56,260 nt of DNA, filler included, from Streblomastix strix (GCA_008636045.1; 3 parts of 3 records of this genome joined end to end with filler, not necessarily neighbours in it), one strand, 5' to 3'. Shown: positions 39,458 to 52,346, numbered from the whole stretch's first letter. A program made the numbers and translations. Notes: generated by a model not told the origin, from the letters alone.

Positions 39458-40188
39458 TCAAATAGCTGATTAATTATGAATAGCATATGAATCGCAAACC
39501 TATTCACAAAAATCATCAGGTAAACTAATCTAACAAATTGCATTTGTTGTAACATTTCCATTAGGATTAATATGACAATCTATAGGAATTGTGCCATTCC
39601 ATAATATTGGATAACGATAATCTTTAATCGCAAACAGAACTGCATTTAATGGTATGTTATTTGGTGTACCTGGGAATTTTGATTCTACTGCATTATCAAC
39701 GATTGAGAATAAAGTATATGCAGATAAACATGCAGTATTAGGATCTGAATGAGTTATTTACAGTGAGATATATACTCTACTAATTTATGTTATTAATGTG
39801 CCACTTATTCGTTATTCATACATTCCATAAGCAATTGATGAATATCGTGCATTTTAAATTAGTCCATAATTTAATTTATCTTTATCAAAAGTATCTCCAT
39901 TTGTGAATAGAATTTTGTTACTTGTTTCACTTTATTTAATAATTTTACCAACAATGATATGTTATAAAAATGTCTTTACTCCACGAATAATCTAGTCAAT
40001 ATGTAATTTAATAAAACCAATAAAATTCCTAAAGAATTAACTCAAATAATTAAAGTACTTTATTATCTCATTATCAATAACTTATAATAATTTATAACAT
40101 TCTTTAATTTTTTTTTTTACTCTTCTTCTTATTATATTATTTTACTAGCTTATTCTTATTAATTAATCTATTCATCTTTATCAGTCAT
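39458..40188 (-). pseudogene. Tail-fibre/spike-like protein
   Basis: DQIIRGVKTF...IIKQSETSNKILFTNGDT resembles the QTITGxKTF...ILLANG fibre repeat; one frameshift in an A11 run near 40110. Confidence 0.5.
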
Positions 40189-40199
40189 ATCTAAATCAC

Positions 40200-41100
40200 T
40201 TAATTAATGATCCACTTTTATTACAAAATTATTCAAAGAATCTAGATTCGCTGGGTATGAAATGTTCAACGTTCATTAGTCAATGTTGTATTTTATCAAG
40301 AGTCATCTTTTGTAATCTTTGTTGTAGGTGCGTCAGATAAACAAATAAAGTCCTTGTTAACTCGATATAGATTTTCAATAGAATTATAAAGAACATTATC
40401 AGTAACAGATATACTAATATTATTAATTAATGCATTCACTACTCTTATTAGATCTTTCCTTTTATATGATTTACCTATGTATGAAAGGAATCTCATTAAT
40501 GGTTCTACTAATATAATTTCAATATCATCTTCATTCACTTAAGTAATTAATGACCAAAGTTTAATAAAATTTTAAGATGAAAGTATAAAATCATAAACCC
40601 TTTTTCTTGTTGTTACAGTCGCCCATAATTTGTCAAAAATGAATTTCATTATTTCAAGATTTGAATGGGAAAGATAAGTATTTTTAACTACTTCCAAAGG
40701 GTCTATTTATGCATTTGGTCTATAAATTTATTTAAATTTATCTTTATTATATTTGCTCCCATACTTAGAAATTTTTATTATTATATAAGGATCAACTATT
40801 CAAAAGTTACCGGAATAATTTCATTTTCAATTTAAATTATATTTTCTTTTGATTTAGTTGTTTCATCAACGGTTTAACTTTAATCGAGACCTACCTTCGG
40901 CATTGATTTTATTGCACTTATGCCAGAACCTTCGGAAACGGAGATGGCTCGATCTTCGATCGCAGTTATTCTGCTTATTGCATCATCGATCAATTGCAAT
41001 CTTTTTTATATTTGTTTATAAGTTCTTTGCGCTTAATTTCAGCCATTTATTATTTGGTTTTTGGCATCTGAATTGAGTCTCTTTTTTTGCACTTTATCAT
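40200..41100 (-). pseudogene. Hypothetical viral protein
   Basis: Long frame including the 40296-40538 ORF; frameshifted near the 5' end. Confidence 0.4.
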
Positions 41101-41123
41101 TTTCTTTATTTAAAAATATTCAA

Positions 41124-41990
41124 ATGGATTTACAAAATACATAAAAGAATTTGATAGAGAATGGAACAAATATTGAATACTTTGAGAATAGATATGCAAT
41201 CCAAACTAATAAAGATATTAAAATAAATGAAGAAGGAAAGAAAACACTTATAATATTAACTTAAACATAATATAATAAGTTATTGTTATAAGCTCGTGGA
41301 GGAGGGCTTGAACCTAAGAAAAATATTTAAAAATAACCTTACTAATAAACTGATGATGATTAAGATTTTTATATCTTATGAATTATAAGAAGATTAAAAT
41401 GAAAGCGAAGAAACATCAATAAACGAAGTTAGAGAAAAACCGTTAAAGAAATAAGTTAGAAAAAGAGTAGTAAAAACTTCAGAAACTTAATAAATTAATT
41501 ATATTTATCCTCAACTTGATTTGGAAGAACTAATTATATTGAGAACTGAAAATTCATTTATTAAACAATAATATTAAGATGCGGCTAGACAAATAGAGAA
41601 ATATGAATAAAATGTTAAACGAAATAAGTATCCACGAAGTGCCTGCTCAAATGAGTAATCCAAATAGACTATCGAAAAAGAATATATAATTAAATAAGTT
41701 TAAGTTCCGAACGAATGTTAAGAGGAATCTGCATAGTTTGAAGAATATGATAAAGATATTAATTTAACTCATATTGATAAATTATTTTTTGTTCCAATAT
41801 TGAAAAGGAGTCAATATAATCTCAGAACTATTGAAGGAATTTATAGCGAAATGGCAAATTAGAATTACACATTAGAAGAATAATTGAATAATCATTAATT
41901 TTTAATTTAAACTGACTGTTTTGTTATTGAAGTAATGAGAAATGAAATAGATATAATATTTGAAATAATAATAAATTTAGATATGATTAT
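41124..41990 (+). pseudogene. Hypothetical Gln/Lys-rich viral protein
   Basis: ATG 41124 MDLQNTQKNLIENGTNIEYFENRYAIQT...; divergent from the previous gene with a 23-bp spacer. Confidence 0.4.
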
Positions 41991-42433
41991 AAAGTTATTT
42001 AAATTAATACGATTTATTATTTTTTGTTTCTATATTAAAATTGACAATTAAAAATATGAGTATTTAAATAACTAGAACCAAAATTACGATAAGAATATTA
42101 ACAACTTAATAATGAAATTAAATATATTGAAACTAAGACAAAATATGCTTCAAACCTATATTTTATGTTAGATCATGTACGTGACATAATACGTATATCT
42201 GAAGCATATTTTAAAACAAAAAATAATTAAGCAAAAATGAATCAGTCACCTCTCTTAAATTTATTTTTATTTATTAATTAATAACTCTTGAAAATCGTAA
42301 GAATTAATAATTCAATTACTGGTCCACATTTACTGCAACCGTTTGTTCAAATCATAAATGATTTTTGAATAATGTGTTTTCACCACACCTCAAACACTTT
42401 ATTAATGAATAACATTAATTATATGGATTGACA

Positions 42434-42590
42434 TGGACGATTAATGCTTTCCAATATGTTCATTCGATAGTTTTGTGGATTAATATGTGTCGATTGTTTA
42501 AAATAGTTCAGATTAATGATATTTATTCATTTCTTATGTTATTGTGGACGATTAATGCTTTCCGATATGTCTATTCGATGGTTTTGTGGA
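42434..42590. repeat. Direct repeat, ~46 bp core with 111-bp period
   Basis: TGGACGATTAATGCTTTCC(A/G)ATATGT..ATTCGAT(A/G)GTTTTGTGGA at 42434 and 42545. Confidence 0.8.
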
Positions 42591-43744
42591 AGATTGGATG
42601 TTGTAAGTTCAATATCATTGATATTCGAATCAATTTGCTACACTTATGCTTTTAGTGTGGGTAGATTGAATTGAAAATGAATGTTTTTGAACTTTCGGCA
42701 AACTTCTTCTTTATATACTTCTCATAACAACAAAAATGTTGAGTGTAATATTAATCATTGAACTTCACATTATGAAATTAATGTCAAAACATAACTGATC
42801 TAATTTTTTTATCGACTTTTAAAATGTTATCGACTTTAAAACAAGCCACATATGCATTTTAAACATATTTTCAATTCAGTTACCCATTTTATGAAAATAC
42901 ATACTCATACATTGCAAATATTAATTATTTTTCACTTTCAATTCATTTATTTAAAAATTTTCTTCGGAAAATATGAAATAGAGCCTATACGTTTTATATA
43001 TGAAATTAAATTTATGAAATTTTTATATAAATACAATCAAATACATTAACTTTTTAATAAAATATCTCAATTAAATATTAATTTTTCTCTTTTTTTAATT
43101 TTTTTTATAATTTAAATAACATTTTCAGTTATTAGTTCAATGGATATGCATATTTAATGTATAAATGCATATTAACAATTATACCTATTTTCTTTTCATT
43201 TTTATATTTGTATTATCTGATTTTAAATTCTGTCATATAAAAAATTAATCATTATAAAAAAATCAAACAAATGAAATATTTAAGAAAGAATAATCGGAAG
43301 GGGTACACGCAATGATAAGCACTCGGAATTTGCATATGCCTTATATAATAATGACATTCTATATTAGTATATTAATAATACATATATTATTAGTTGCGCA
43401 AATATTATGGTGGGGTTGGGGCGAGGTTTTTATGGTTAAAATTTTAACACATTTTATGGAAGTTATTTGGGAAAATTTTGGATTTATAATTTAAATGATT
43501 GGAATAAACAGTGTGAGGACCTGCACCTAACCCAAACATAGATGTATACTACGCATTGCGCTGGAAACGTGGGGAATCTGACCCTTATTAGAAAATAGAA
43601 AAAATAGCGTTTTGAATAGGCACCATAGGGATGCCTCGCTTACCCAAACATTTGCAAAAATAACAAGCAATAATAATTATTAGAAATATTTATAAAATAT
43701 TATTATTTAGCTTTAAATTATTAAAAATAAAGCTAAAAATAAGC

Positions 43745-43866
43745 TAAAATCAATCGTTTCACTCTGATTTTATTACAACACAAAGTGAAAACCTCACTCT
43801 TTATTGATCGAGATGCTAATCATGAAATGCTCTGATTACAGCCTTCGCATATGGGTCTGGCTAATC
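43745..43866 (+). repeat. DIRS left inverted terminal repeat
   Basis: The inner part is the inverted copy of 48757-48845; the outer part is complementary to the ICR. Confidence 0.9.
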
Positions 43867-43916
43867 AAAACAAATTCGCGTTTACTGCACACACATCTAT
43901 TCAACTTTCAAGTATC

Positions 43917-44943
43917 ATGTCCCATGCGGATGACGAAGTCGTTGTTAAACCTAAAACAAGGAAATTATTCTAAAAATTGAAAAATATCGCAAAGATATTT
44001 GAAGGAATTGACGATATTTACGATTTAGCGATGAAAGTGTCGAAACGTAAACGCGCTGATGAAGTGTCAACAACCGACAGTGGTTCTGAACGTAGTACAA
44101 GTGATCACGTCATATAAGGCTATCGAAGGAAGCCTAAACGAAGGAGAAAAGATTAATCGGCAGATTCTGAACGTTCTATCGAATCATCTCCTCAATAAAA
44201 GCGTTCAAAACATAAATAGAGCAAGCATAAGAAAAGAAATAAGGAAATCAAACATAATGCTGCACGAAAACGCAAACATAGCCCTTCTGAAAATTCTTCG
44301 AGCGATTCAAGCACAGTCTCCAGTAGTTAAGCTTCAACAGATGATAACATTGTGCATAATGAGCTGAGAAAGATTATTGGCGATTCAATATTCCAGTATA
44401 AGCCTTTAGATTATAAGTTTTCAGCTACTTGAATTGAAAATGACATTCGAGCTGTGGCACCCGACAAGATTGACTTTCCTACTGCAGATCCACCTCCAAA
44501 ATGGGAAGGGTATGATGATGAGGATGCTGCAGAATCTGTAATACTAAGTGCAGCAACTACAAGATCCGTTCTCCTGATGGCAAATGTGGCTGCAGAATCT
44601 CCAGAAACATGGTAAAAGCTGAAAAAGCCGATAATGAGAACGTTTAGACTGTCTTAGCAAAACACAACCCCATGCATAAGCAGCTCGTGAATCACTGGTC
44701 CTAAACGAAAAAGGCAAATATCTAAAAGCAGCAACTCCACCTCCAGGAGTTATTCGTGACTCAGTCCTTAAAAACTTAAAAAAGAGGTGCGAATCTACGT
44801 AATGCCTTTTTGCGGGGGGCGGGGGGCGAAGCTGGACTCTCCAGTATCGAGGTAGGAGACGCAGAGTCAATAAGAACTTCGCGTAGAACCCCAGAACAGC
44901 TAAATGGAAGAGAAATCAGAAGAGATAAGAGGTAGACTAGTGA
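43917..44943 (+). pseudogene. DIRS gag-like ORF
   Basis: MSHADDEVVVKPK..., basic/Ser-rich; TGA at 44430 and a frameshift near 44670; homologous to copy 3. Confidence 0.75.
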
Positions 44944-46880
44944 GATTCCGGGAAGTACGGACAACAATAGGAGCAGAAGGACAGGTGATGATGGGAATAA
45001 TGCCTTTCTGGACGAACGAAAACAGCAAATAAATCCTCAAAAATATGTCACATCCCACACAACCTAGAGGAAACCTGCTTCAATATCATCTTCTTCTTTA
45101 AGAAGAAATCTGTTAGAAAATAGTTATTTAAGTTAATCCCCTTTACATTAAACTCTTCTCCCCAACCTTTTGTATACCCAAAAGAGATGGAAGTTACCGA
45201 TAGATTCTCAATGCAAGGGCAACCAACGAATAAACAAAGAAAATTCATTTCAAGATGATATCTCCTTTCGATGTCCAACAAGCTCTTCTCAAAGATTCAT
45301 ATCTTACCTCAATCGACATTAAATCAGCTTTCAATCATATCACCGTACACCCTTCACTCAAACCATATCTGGGATTCTAAGTAGAAGATCGTTCATTTGT
45401 CTACATCGACATGCCATTTGGGCTCAGGCTTGCCCCAATTGTCTTCACCAAAACCTTTTAGATGGCGCAGGCAGCTATCAAAAAGGGTCTATCTTCTACA
45501 ATCCTTCAATATTCAGACGATATCTTAATAATAAATCAAAATCCATTAGAATCCAGTAAAGAAACTTAACTGGTAAAGAATCAATTATAAAAGTTCGGTT
45601 GGATAATTGACAATAAGAAATCAGAGATGGAATAAATGAAAGAAATACGTTATCTAGGATTGATTTGGAATATGGAAGAAATGATAGTCAAGATGCCCCA
45701 AGATAGATAGATTAATCTACTGTACCAACTGAACCTCCTCAATCATTAGACACAATAACGACTGGAAGTTCAGACTAGATAATTGGCAAAATTGATTGGA
45801 AAGTTACAATTCCTCAAATTCCAATTTCAACTGGCATCATTTCATCAAATCAAGTTGAATCGCTTAAAGGACAAAGCAGTTCACAAACGAGGATGGGATT
45901 CGACTCTTCGATTCAAGCATACAATCTTGTCAGAGCTTTATTGGTGGTACACGACAATAACACAAAACAATCCACTATAACTACAAATAAAGATATAATA
46001 GACAGCAATTCTGACAACAGATGCTAGTAGAACTGGATGGGGAGTTGAACTTAAGCTGGAGTAATCGGAATTGCTACAGGCCTCAACATGGAAGAAATCA
46101 ATGAATCTCAGATCCAGCAACTAGAGAGAAGCGAGAGCAATTCTATACGCGTTGAGAAAGTTCAAACTATAACTTGCGGGCATAGATCAATTGGCAGTAT
46201 AGACAGATAACCAAGTTGCTGTAATGAACCTATAACGTAAAGCATCTGCAGCTCCATTAGCAACAACATTGAGGTTAATCTTCCAAGAAGCAATGCAAAT
46301 GTGATTGATCTTGCATGCAGTTCATATTAACGGAGTGGACAATAGGTAAGCTGACGCATTGATTTGACTCGAACTAGCAGGAGACTATCAAATAAGAACA
46401 AAATACCTGACTACTGCCCTCCTACATCTAGGTCTCACTCTACAGGGGAACATGTTTGCAACTAAGAGTAATGCGAAATGCACAATTTATTACTCTCCAA
46501 CATAGGAAGAGGCAGCAGCAGGTACAGGAGGACTTCAAGCTGTTTGGTCTAACAAAACAATACTTATTAACCCACCACTAACCTTAATGGGCAAAGTAGT
46601 ATAGAAACTTCGAACAGTAAGCAATTGCACAGCAGCGGTGATAGCGATGGACTGGCCGAATCAATGGTGGTCACAACAACTGAAGAACATGGCATCAGAC
46701 TAGATTATTCTGGATAATTCAGAACGAATATTCAAAGAAGGCCACTCAATGAAGCACAGAAAAATGAAACTACCTCCAGGAAGAGTAATACTGTACGTGA
46801 TAAGAACTGGAGAGGAGATATAATCTTCAACTAACTTGCAATTGCTAAACGTTTATAAATAGAAGAATAAGAATCTTTGA
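44880..46880 (+). pseudogene. DIRS pol (RT + RNase H + N6-adenine MTase-like domain)
   Basis: IDIKSAF, MPFG, YSDD (45510), TDASRTGWG, REARA, QTDNQ, NPPL (46569), WPNQWW. No frameshift; TGAs at 46302 and 46365. Confidence 0.92.
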
Positions 46881-47812
46881 TTAAGGAGATGGGCCCCAAT
46901 CTTTGGAGAACACGTAGAGCTGCACTTTCAAATCTGGATGTTTATCTTAAATCGAAGAACAAGAAAGCTTCATCTCTTCTTAGAGGAAATGTAGTTCTAA
47001 ACGTAAGAAGAGCATTAGATGGAATGCAAAAGATGGGCAAATCGAATTAATAAATGATTGCAATTAGAAGAGGGATATGTTCAATTTTTTCTTTACTCAT
47101 TAACAGCGAAGATTTCACAAGAAATCCATTAATCTAATCCTTTATGAAACCAATTGTATCTGGAATAATAAAGAAACCAAGATATAGTAAAGCCTGGAAC
47201 ATTAGCAAGCTACTTGACTTTGAAAGTCTTAAGAGCAATGAGAAGACACAACAAAACGTTATGTTGCATGCTTTAGAATTATTAGAATCTCATTCTACTT
47301 TGCGTGGCACAGAGCTTGCTTCAATTACTAGGAAATAAATTACAGTAGACACTGACTGCATTAAGATAATTGTATCGAAAAGAAAAGCAAAGAATGGCGG
47401 GAGACAAATTATAATAAGACCAAGACTCGATAAAACAATTTGTCCATATGGTGCACTTTCAAAATGGATTGAAATGTTGAACAATAGATTTTCCAACTAG
47501 AACTCAGTTTAGTTAAACAAAAGAAACCTCCAGACGTCTGACTAGGGCGTTAGAGATTTGCTAAGAACAAGAATTAGGTAAGCAGGAATAAGTAAAGAAT
47601 ATGGATCTAATACAATAAGACATTCGGTTATGACTCAATTGAGAAAATCCAATCTTTCACTGGAATAAGTTAACAAGCTTACAGACCACGCCCCAGGATC
47701 CATAGTAGTAGATGAATACTATAACAAACCGGATCACCCTCTTAGCATAGATGACTTCATCAGTCTAAGTGTGCCAGCCACTTTGGTTGATGCTCCCAAG
47801 TAACCTCTTTGA
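46811..47812 (+). CDS. DIRS tyrosine recombinase, apparently open
   Basis: KPRYSKAW, TLRGTEL, ICPYGAL, NTIRHS, TDH, EYY; no internal TGA; first ATG at 46889; overlaps the pol end. Confidence 0.88.
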
Positions 47813-47815
47813 AAC

Positions 47816-47917
47816 TCTCGAACAATAAAGAGTGAGGTTGTCACTTTGTGTTGTAATAAAATCAGAGTGAAACGATTGATTTTATTAGACACAAACAAGT
47901 GACAACCCTCTCTTTAT
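47816..47917. repeat. DIRS internal complementary region (ICR)
   Basis: 47816-47884 is the reverse complement of the left terminus; 47885-47917 is the reverse complement of the right terminus. Confidence 0.9.
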
Positions 47918-48756
47918 GAGCCCATCCAAGGCAACTCGTAGACATGCCATATATATAATAATATATTTCTATCTTTAATACTCATTTCCTTTCCCATCAT
48001 TAATTCATATTCCTTTCTTTCTTTCTTTGTTTAATAAATATTTAGTTAACTATAACTGAGATTGAGTCTGTTATATTCATTTATTGACGTGCGAGTTTAT
48101 TCTCGACGGGTAGAGGTGGGCAATTAATGAATATATCTAATGAATTAACAGTCTCGGTTGGAGAGTACCTAGAGAACTGTCATTTCAATCAACATGTGGG
48201 GGAGAACCAATCAATTTATTGCCTTCCAGTTATTAGTTTTCCAGATTGAGCTTGAATAATTTGCTCTCTGAAGTAGCTTTCGATGCGCCATCAAAGTAAG
48301 ACAGTCAAGAAGAAGCAATAGGGGAGATGGAATGAAAATAATCGATATAACCCTGTACAAACAGCTGGTAAGACAGCAAGCAGGGGAGATTGTTTGAGAC
48401 TTCCATCAATATGACCCTTCATTTATATCTATTGTGTAAATGACCTACTGCCTTCATCCTCACTTACTTCAATTCCGGTGAAGCTAATTATTATGGGCAA
48501 GATGGCATGATGAGAGAGAAAAATTCAATCGACAACGCTGAGCAATCTGTCGCCGCTCTTGAACTGCGAGACTTGTAGGCAACAGATGATTCTCTCATAT
48601 TAATGAAATTAAACTTATCTGACCTACACGTAGAACTGACGCAGCGCTTCTGAAATGGGAAAGAAAGTGAATTAAGAAAGGAAAAGCAAACATTTTATTG
48701 TTTTTACTTTTTAATATGTTCACTTCACGCTAGTTGAGCACTTTTCACTTCACTTA

Positions 48757-48851
48757 GATTAGCCTGACCCATATGTGAAGGCTTTAATCAGAGCATTTCA
48801 TGATTAGCATCTCAAACAATAAAGAGTGGGTTGTCACTTGTTTGTGTCTAA
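48757..48851 (-). repeat. DIRS right inverted terminal repeat
   Basis: GATTAGCCTGACCCATATG...CAATAAAGAGTGGGTTGTCACTTGTTTGTGTCTAA. Confidence 0.9.
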
Positions 48852-49141
48852 CATAATTTTTACCATAAAAACCTCGCCCCAACCCCACCATAGCATTTGC
48901 GCAACTAATAATATATATATATATTTAATATACTAATCTAGAGTGTCATTATTGTACAAGCCATATGCAAATACTGAATGCTTACCATTGCGAGTACTGA
49001 TACCGAATAATCTTCAACTTTGTTAATTAGTGGTATGATATTAACCTATATATTTTATAATATTTTTCTTTTTATTCTTTCCGACAATTAATTTCTAATA
49101 TTATAATAAATCATTATTTTTTTTTATAAATAAAAACAAAG

Positions 49142-49992
49142 ATGATAATAGCACACGTTCAACAACCCAAAATCAAGGTATAAATAAATTTACTAAATAA
49201 AGCCAAATATTATATGATATTTACAATAATAAATTATTAATAGTTAAAACTTATTAAATACTATGCAAAAATTCTATATTTATTTAATTTAAAGATCTTT
49301 GAAAATTAAGTGAAAATATAATCTCATTTGCTGCATCTTTCAATCGTTATCATTTTCTAGATATTGATTATTACAATTCTTCATTTCATTTTTCTATAGC
49401 TAATGTTAATTATTCTTTGATAAATCTTCATAAATAACTCATGTTTAACCCAATAAATTGTATTTCTGCAGTTTCGACTCCAAATTTTGTCACTTTTCTC
49501 ATTATGTTAATTCTATTCAATCAATATTTTAGAAATAATATAAAATAAGATAACTAATCATTAAATTTCATAATTATCTGCAGAGAGTGTCTCAATACTA
49601 TTTAAAACAACGGAGGAATCATAACATAATAACAGCTCTTGAATGATGGATTTATTAAAGTACTTTCTGAGTCTATTTCGTTGTGTAGAAGATATTCTCA
49701 TGAGAGTCAAATTACAATACAGAAGATAATATCTTATATAACAGGATTCATTTATAATATTTACAAAGAGAATTCAAGAAATTATTCTAATCAAGAATAA
49801 TCAAATGACTAGTAAGTTAATCTGAGTATTGAGTTTGAAGAGCAAATTGAAGAAGAAGGGGGTGTTGAGGAGATATAAGCTCATACTGTTAATAATTAAG
49901 TTGATATTTCACCCAAATTTAATGCAATTTATGCCTTGAAAACTCTATTTAACTCGTACTAGAATCCAATTCATATAATGCATTAGTTTTGA
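49142..49992 (+). pseudogene. Hypothetical protein of an expanded family (EEQIEEEGGVEEI motif)
   Basis: Open frame ~49303-49992 ending in TGA; likely 5' intron ~49178-49294; the start region appears disrupted. Confidence 0.5.
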
Positions 49993-50582
49993 CTTATTTA
50001 TATGAATTGATTTATTAATTAGCTATTTTTTTTACTAAGTAAATATATTATTACAATTTTTGAAATTAAATTTAACAATGCAATAATTTTGAACCTCATC
50101 ATAGTACACTTTAAATCACATTCCACTTTCAAACTGCAGAAATAATTTGAAATTATTGGAATTATGTTTATAAAACGAATTGTTGTTAAATTTTTTAGAA
50201 ATAGAAATAAATTAAATTAAACTTTATTATATCATATAAATTTTATTATGAGTTTAACTCAAACAATAGATAATGTCACAATAAAAGTCTTTATTTGAAA
50301 AATTTAATTCTTCAGTGATTCACCTATAATCTCGAATTGTTTTTTATTATTTGCATTTAGACAATGCATATTTATAAGAATAAATTCATTTATTTACTTT
50401 AATTGTTAATTTTAATTTTAATCTTTCAAAAAAGGTATTAATAATATTTTTTTTATAAATCAATTATTTCTCCAGTTATAAATTTTAATTTTGTCAAATT
50501 TGATATTTAATTATTTTAGAAAAATATAACTAATGTTTTTAAACAAATTTTTATAATATTATATAATTATTCTACGTAGATT

Positions 50583-52346
50583 ATGACAACAGAATCGATT
50601 GAGTCATTTAATATTGATTGGAGCGATAAATATGGCTTCTATGCTATCGCTGCCAAAGATTTGAAAGCTGGAGATATTTTTATTCACGAGAATCCATTTG
50701 CTTATCAACTTCCTCATTTATAAGAGAAAATGTGTGAAGTCTGTTTCAAACAATCTAGTGATAAAGTTTCAATGAGTCAATGTTCTCGTTGCAAATAAGT
50801 GTGTTATTGTTCTATAGAATGCCAGATAAAACACTGGAATCTAATTCATAAGCTTGAATGCAAAGTATTTGAACAATTCGAGCCTGAATTTCTAGTCAAT
50901 ACACCTCGAATTTTGATCAGGTCTTATTTAAAGATTAATTCAATGATTCAAATTGATTCTGAAAAATAAACCAAAAGCAAAAATAAAAAAGGATCAAGTT
51001 TCCAAGTTCCTGAAGATATTCACTCCAGACAGTAGCCAACAGAGATTCAACTCTAGAAAATGAATTCATCTCCTGTACCTCGAACGCATGTTCATTCATT
51101 CACTGATTATCTCAATCTCATTTATGACATTGATAAACCAATTGGAATTGATACATTGCAGCTGAATGCAGATTGTTACCGTCTATTAAGATATCCAAAT
51201 ATTGATCCATCGTCACCTGCTAATTATTATATGAATGCAACCGCGCTTGAAGAAGCCATTGAGATATTTGGAAAGTGTTACAATAACATGACAAAAAGCA
51301 TAAAAGTACCTTCTGGTTAGAACATCATATCCTCATATCCACGATTTGCTCTGTTTAATCACTCATGTCTTCCTAATATAAAACATATGTTCTTCTAAGA
51401 TGGATCAGTCTAAGGAGTAGCAATGACAGATATACCAAAAGGATAACCCTTGTTTATATCATATGTTTTATAGATGCTTCCATTTTCAATTAGATAATAG
51501 CAGTTACTCAATTGGAAATTCTGTTGCAGGTGTTAGAGATGTTCTATTAATATAGAAGGATAATTGATATTAAAAGAAATGGAGAAAGAAATGGAATGAG
51601 GATTAATAATAAGCAAATATAAAGATTATAAATTTCCATCTGATATGTTTGGTGAAGCATTAGTCTGTGAATGTGGTAATCCATTGTTCCGTGTGTATAA
51701 AAATCCACAAGAAGTTACAGTTGATGGAAATTGGAACTAAATTAGTCAGCCATATTATTACATATGTCCCATGTGTTTAACTCCGTGTATGTAATCTGAA
51801 TCTGAACAAAAATTTTTAAACTATTGCCTTTCTTGTGTTGAAAAATAATAAGAATCTCATGAAATTAATGAGTTTAAAGAGCATTTGAAAAGTCTAAATA
51901 GAAACTTGCCTCTTTTTCATCCATTCAGTTGTGTTCAATACTTCATTCTTAATTAACAATTCAAAAATTTTAGAATATTAAAGATTTTAACAAGGCAATT
52001 TAAATTGGATCTAAACTTGTTGAAAGCATGGAATGTTTGTCTTTTTCTTAATATTGATAGTAATTTTATATTAATTTATTTGTTTTCTTTTTTATCAATC
52101 TAAGGTATTTGGGAAGGTGTTCCAAATAAATAAAGCTCAAATAACCTCTTTGAATTAGGAAACATGGAATATTAAATGAATCATATTCCTCAAGCTTATA
52201 AACATTTCACCAAAGCATATGAATATCTCAATATCTTTTTTAGTAAGTCAGATGATAAGGAAATGAAAAACAAACTTTAAGTATGTAATAAGAATATTGA
52301 ATTAATTAAGAAATCCTGCAATGATAAGAATATTCCATTAGATTGA
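50583..52346 (+). CDS. SMYD-family SET/MYND lysine methyltransferase (in-frame TGA and frameshift; possibly a young pseudogene)
   Basis: KDLKAGD, MYND CEVC...CSRCKQVCYCSIECQIKHW...HKLEC, FNHSCLPN, ISY, post-SET CRCQRC, TPR-like tail; intron 52035-52104. Confidence 0.85.

Larger units (their letters stand above)
38108..42000. mobile_element. Second Polinton/Maverick-like viral segment (structural genes)
   Basis: Compact intronless genes: putative capsid protein, fibre-like protein, two hypotheticals. Confidence 0.55.
43745..48851 (+). mobile_element. Full-length DIRS-1-like retrotransposon (copy 4)
   Basis: ITRs, gag, RT-RH-MT, YR and an internal complementary region are all present. Confidence 0.93.
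43296..49004. mobile_element. TIR element (GG...CC termini, ~150 bp TIRs, 8-bp TSD; Merlin/hAT-like) containing DIRS copy 4
   Basis: TSD GAATAATC at 43288-43295 and 49005-49012; arms 43296-43443 and 48855-49004 are inverted copies. Confidence 0.85.

Noticed and set aside
42434..42590. CRISPR-like repeat-spacer
   Set aside because: Only two degenerate copies with an in-frame 111-bp period, a eukaryotic context and no cas genes.
43760..43866. Hammerhead ribozyme in the DIRS ITR (CTGATT, GAAA)
   Set aside because: The core reads CTGATTA/CTGATTT rather than CTGANGA, and no three-stem junction can be built.
340..47496. Antisense ORFs over CFAP58, HSP70 and DIRS genes in the track
   Set aside because: Shadows of real genes, called under the wrong genetic code.
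51597..51599. Selenocysteine TGA in SMYD
   Set aside because: The position is in a charged linker, not a Cys site; no SECIS recognised; a second lesion follows.
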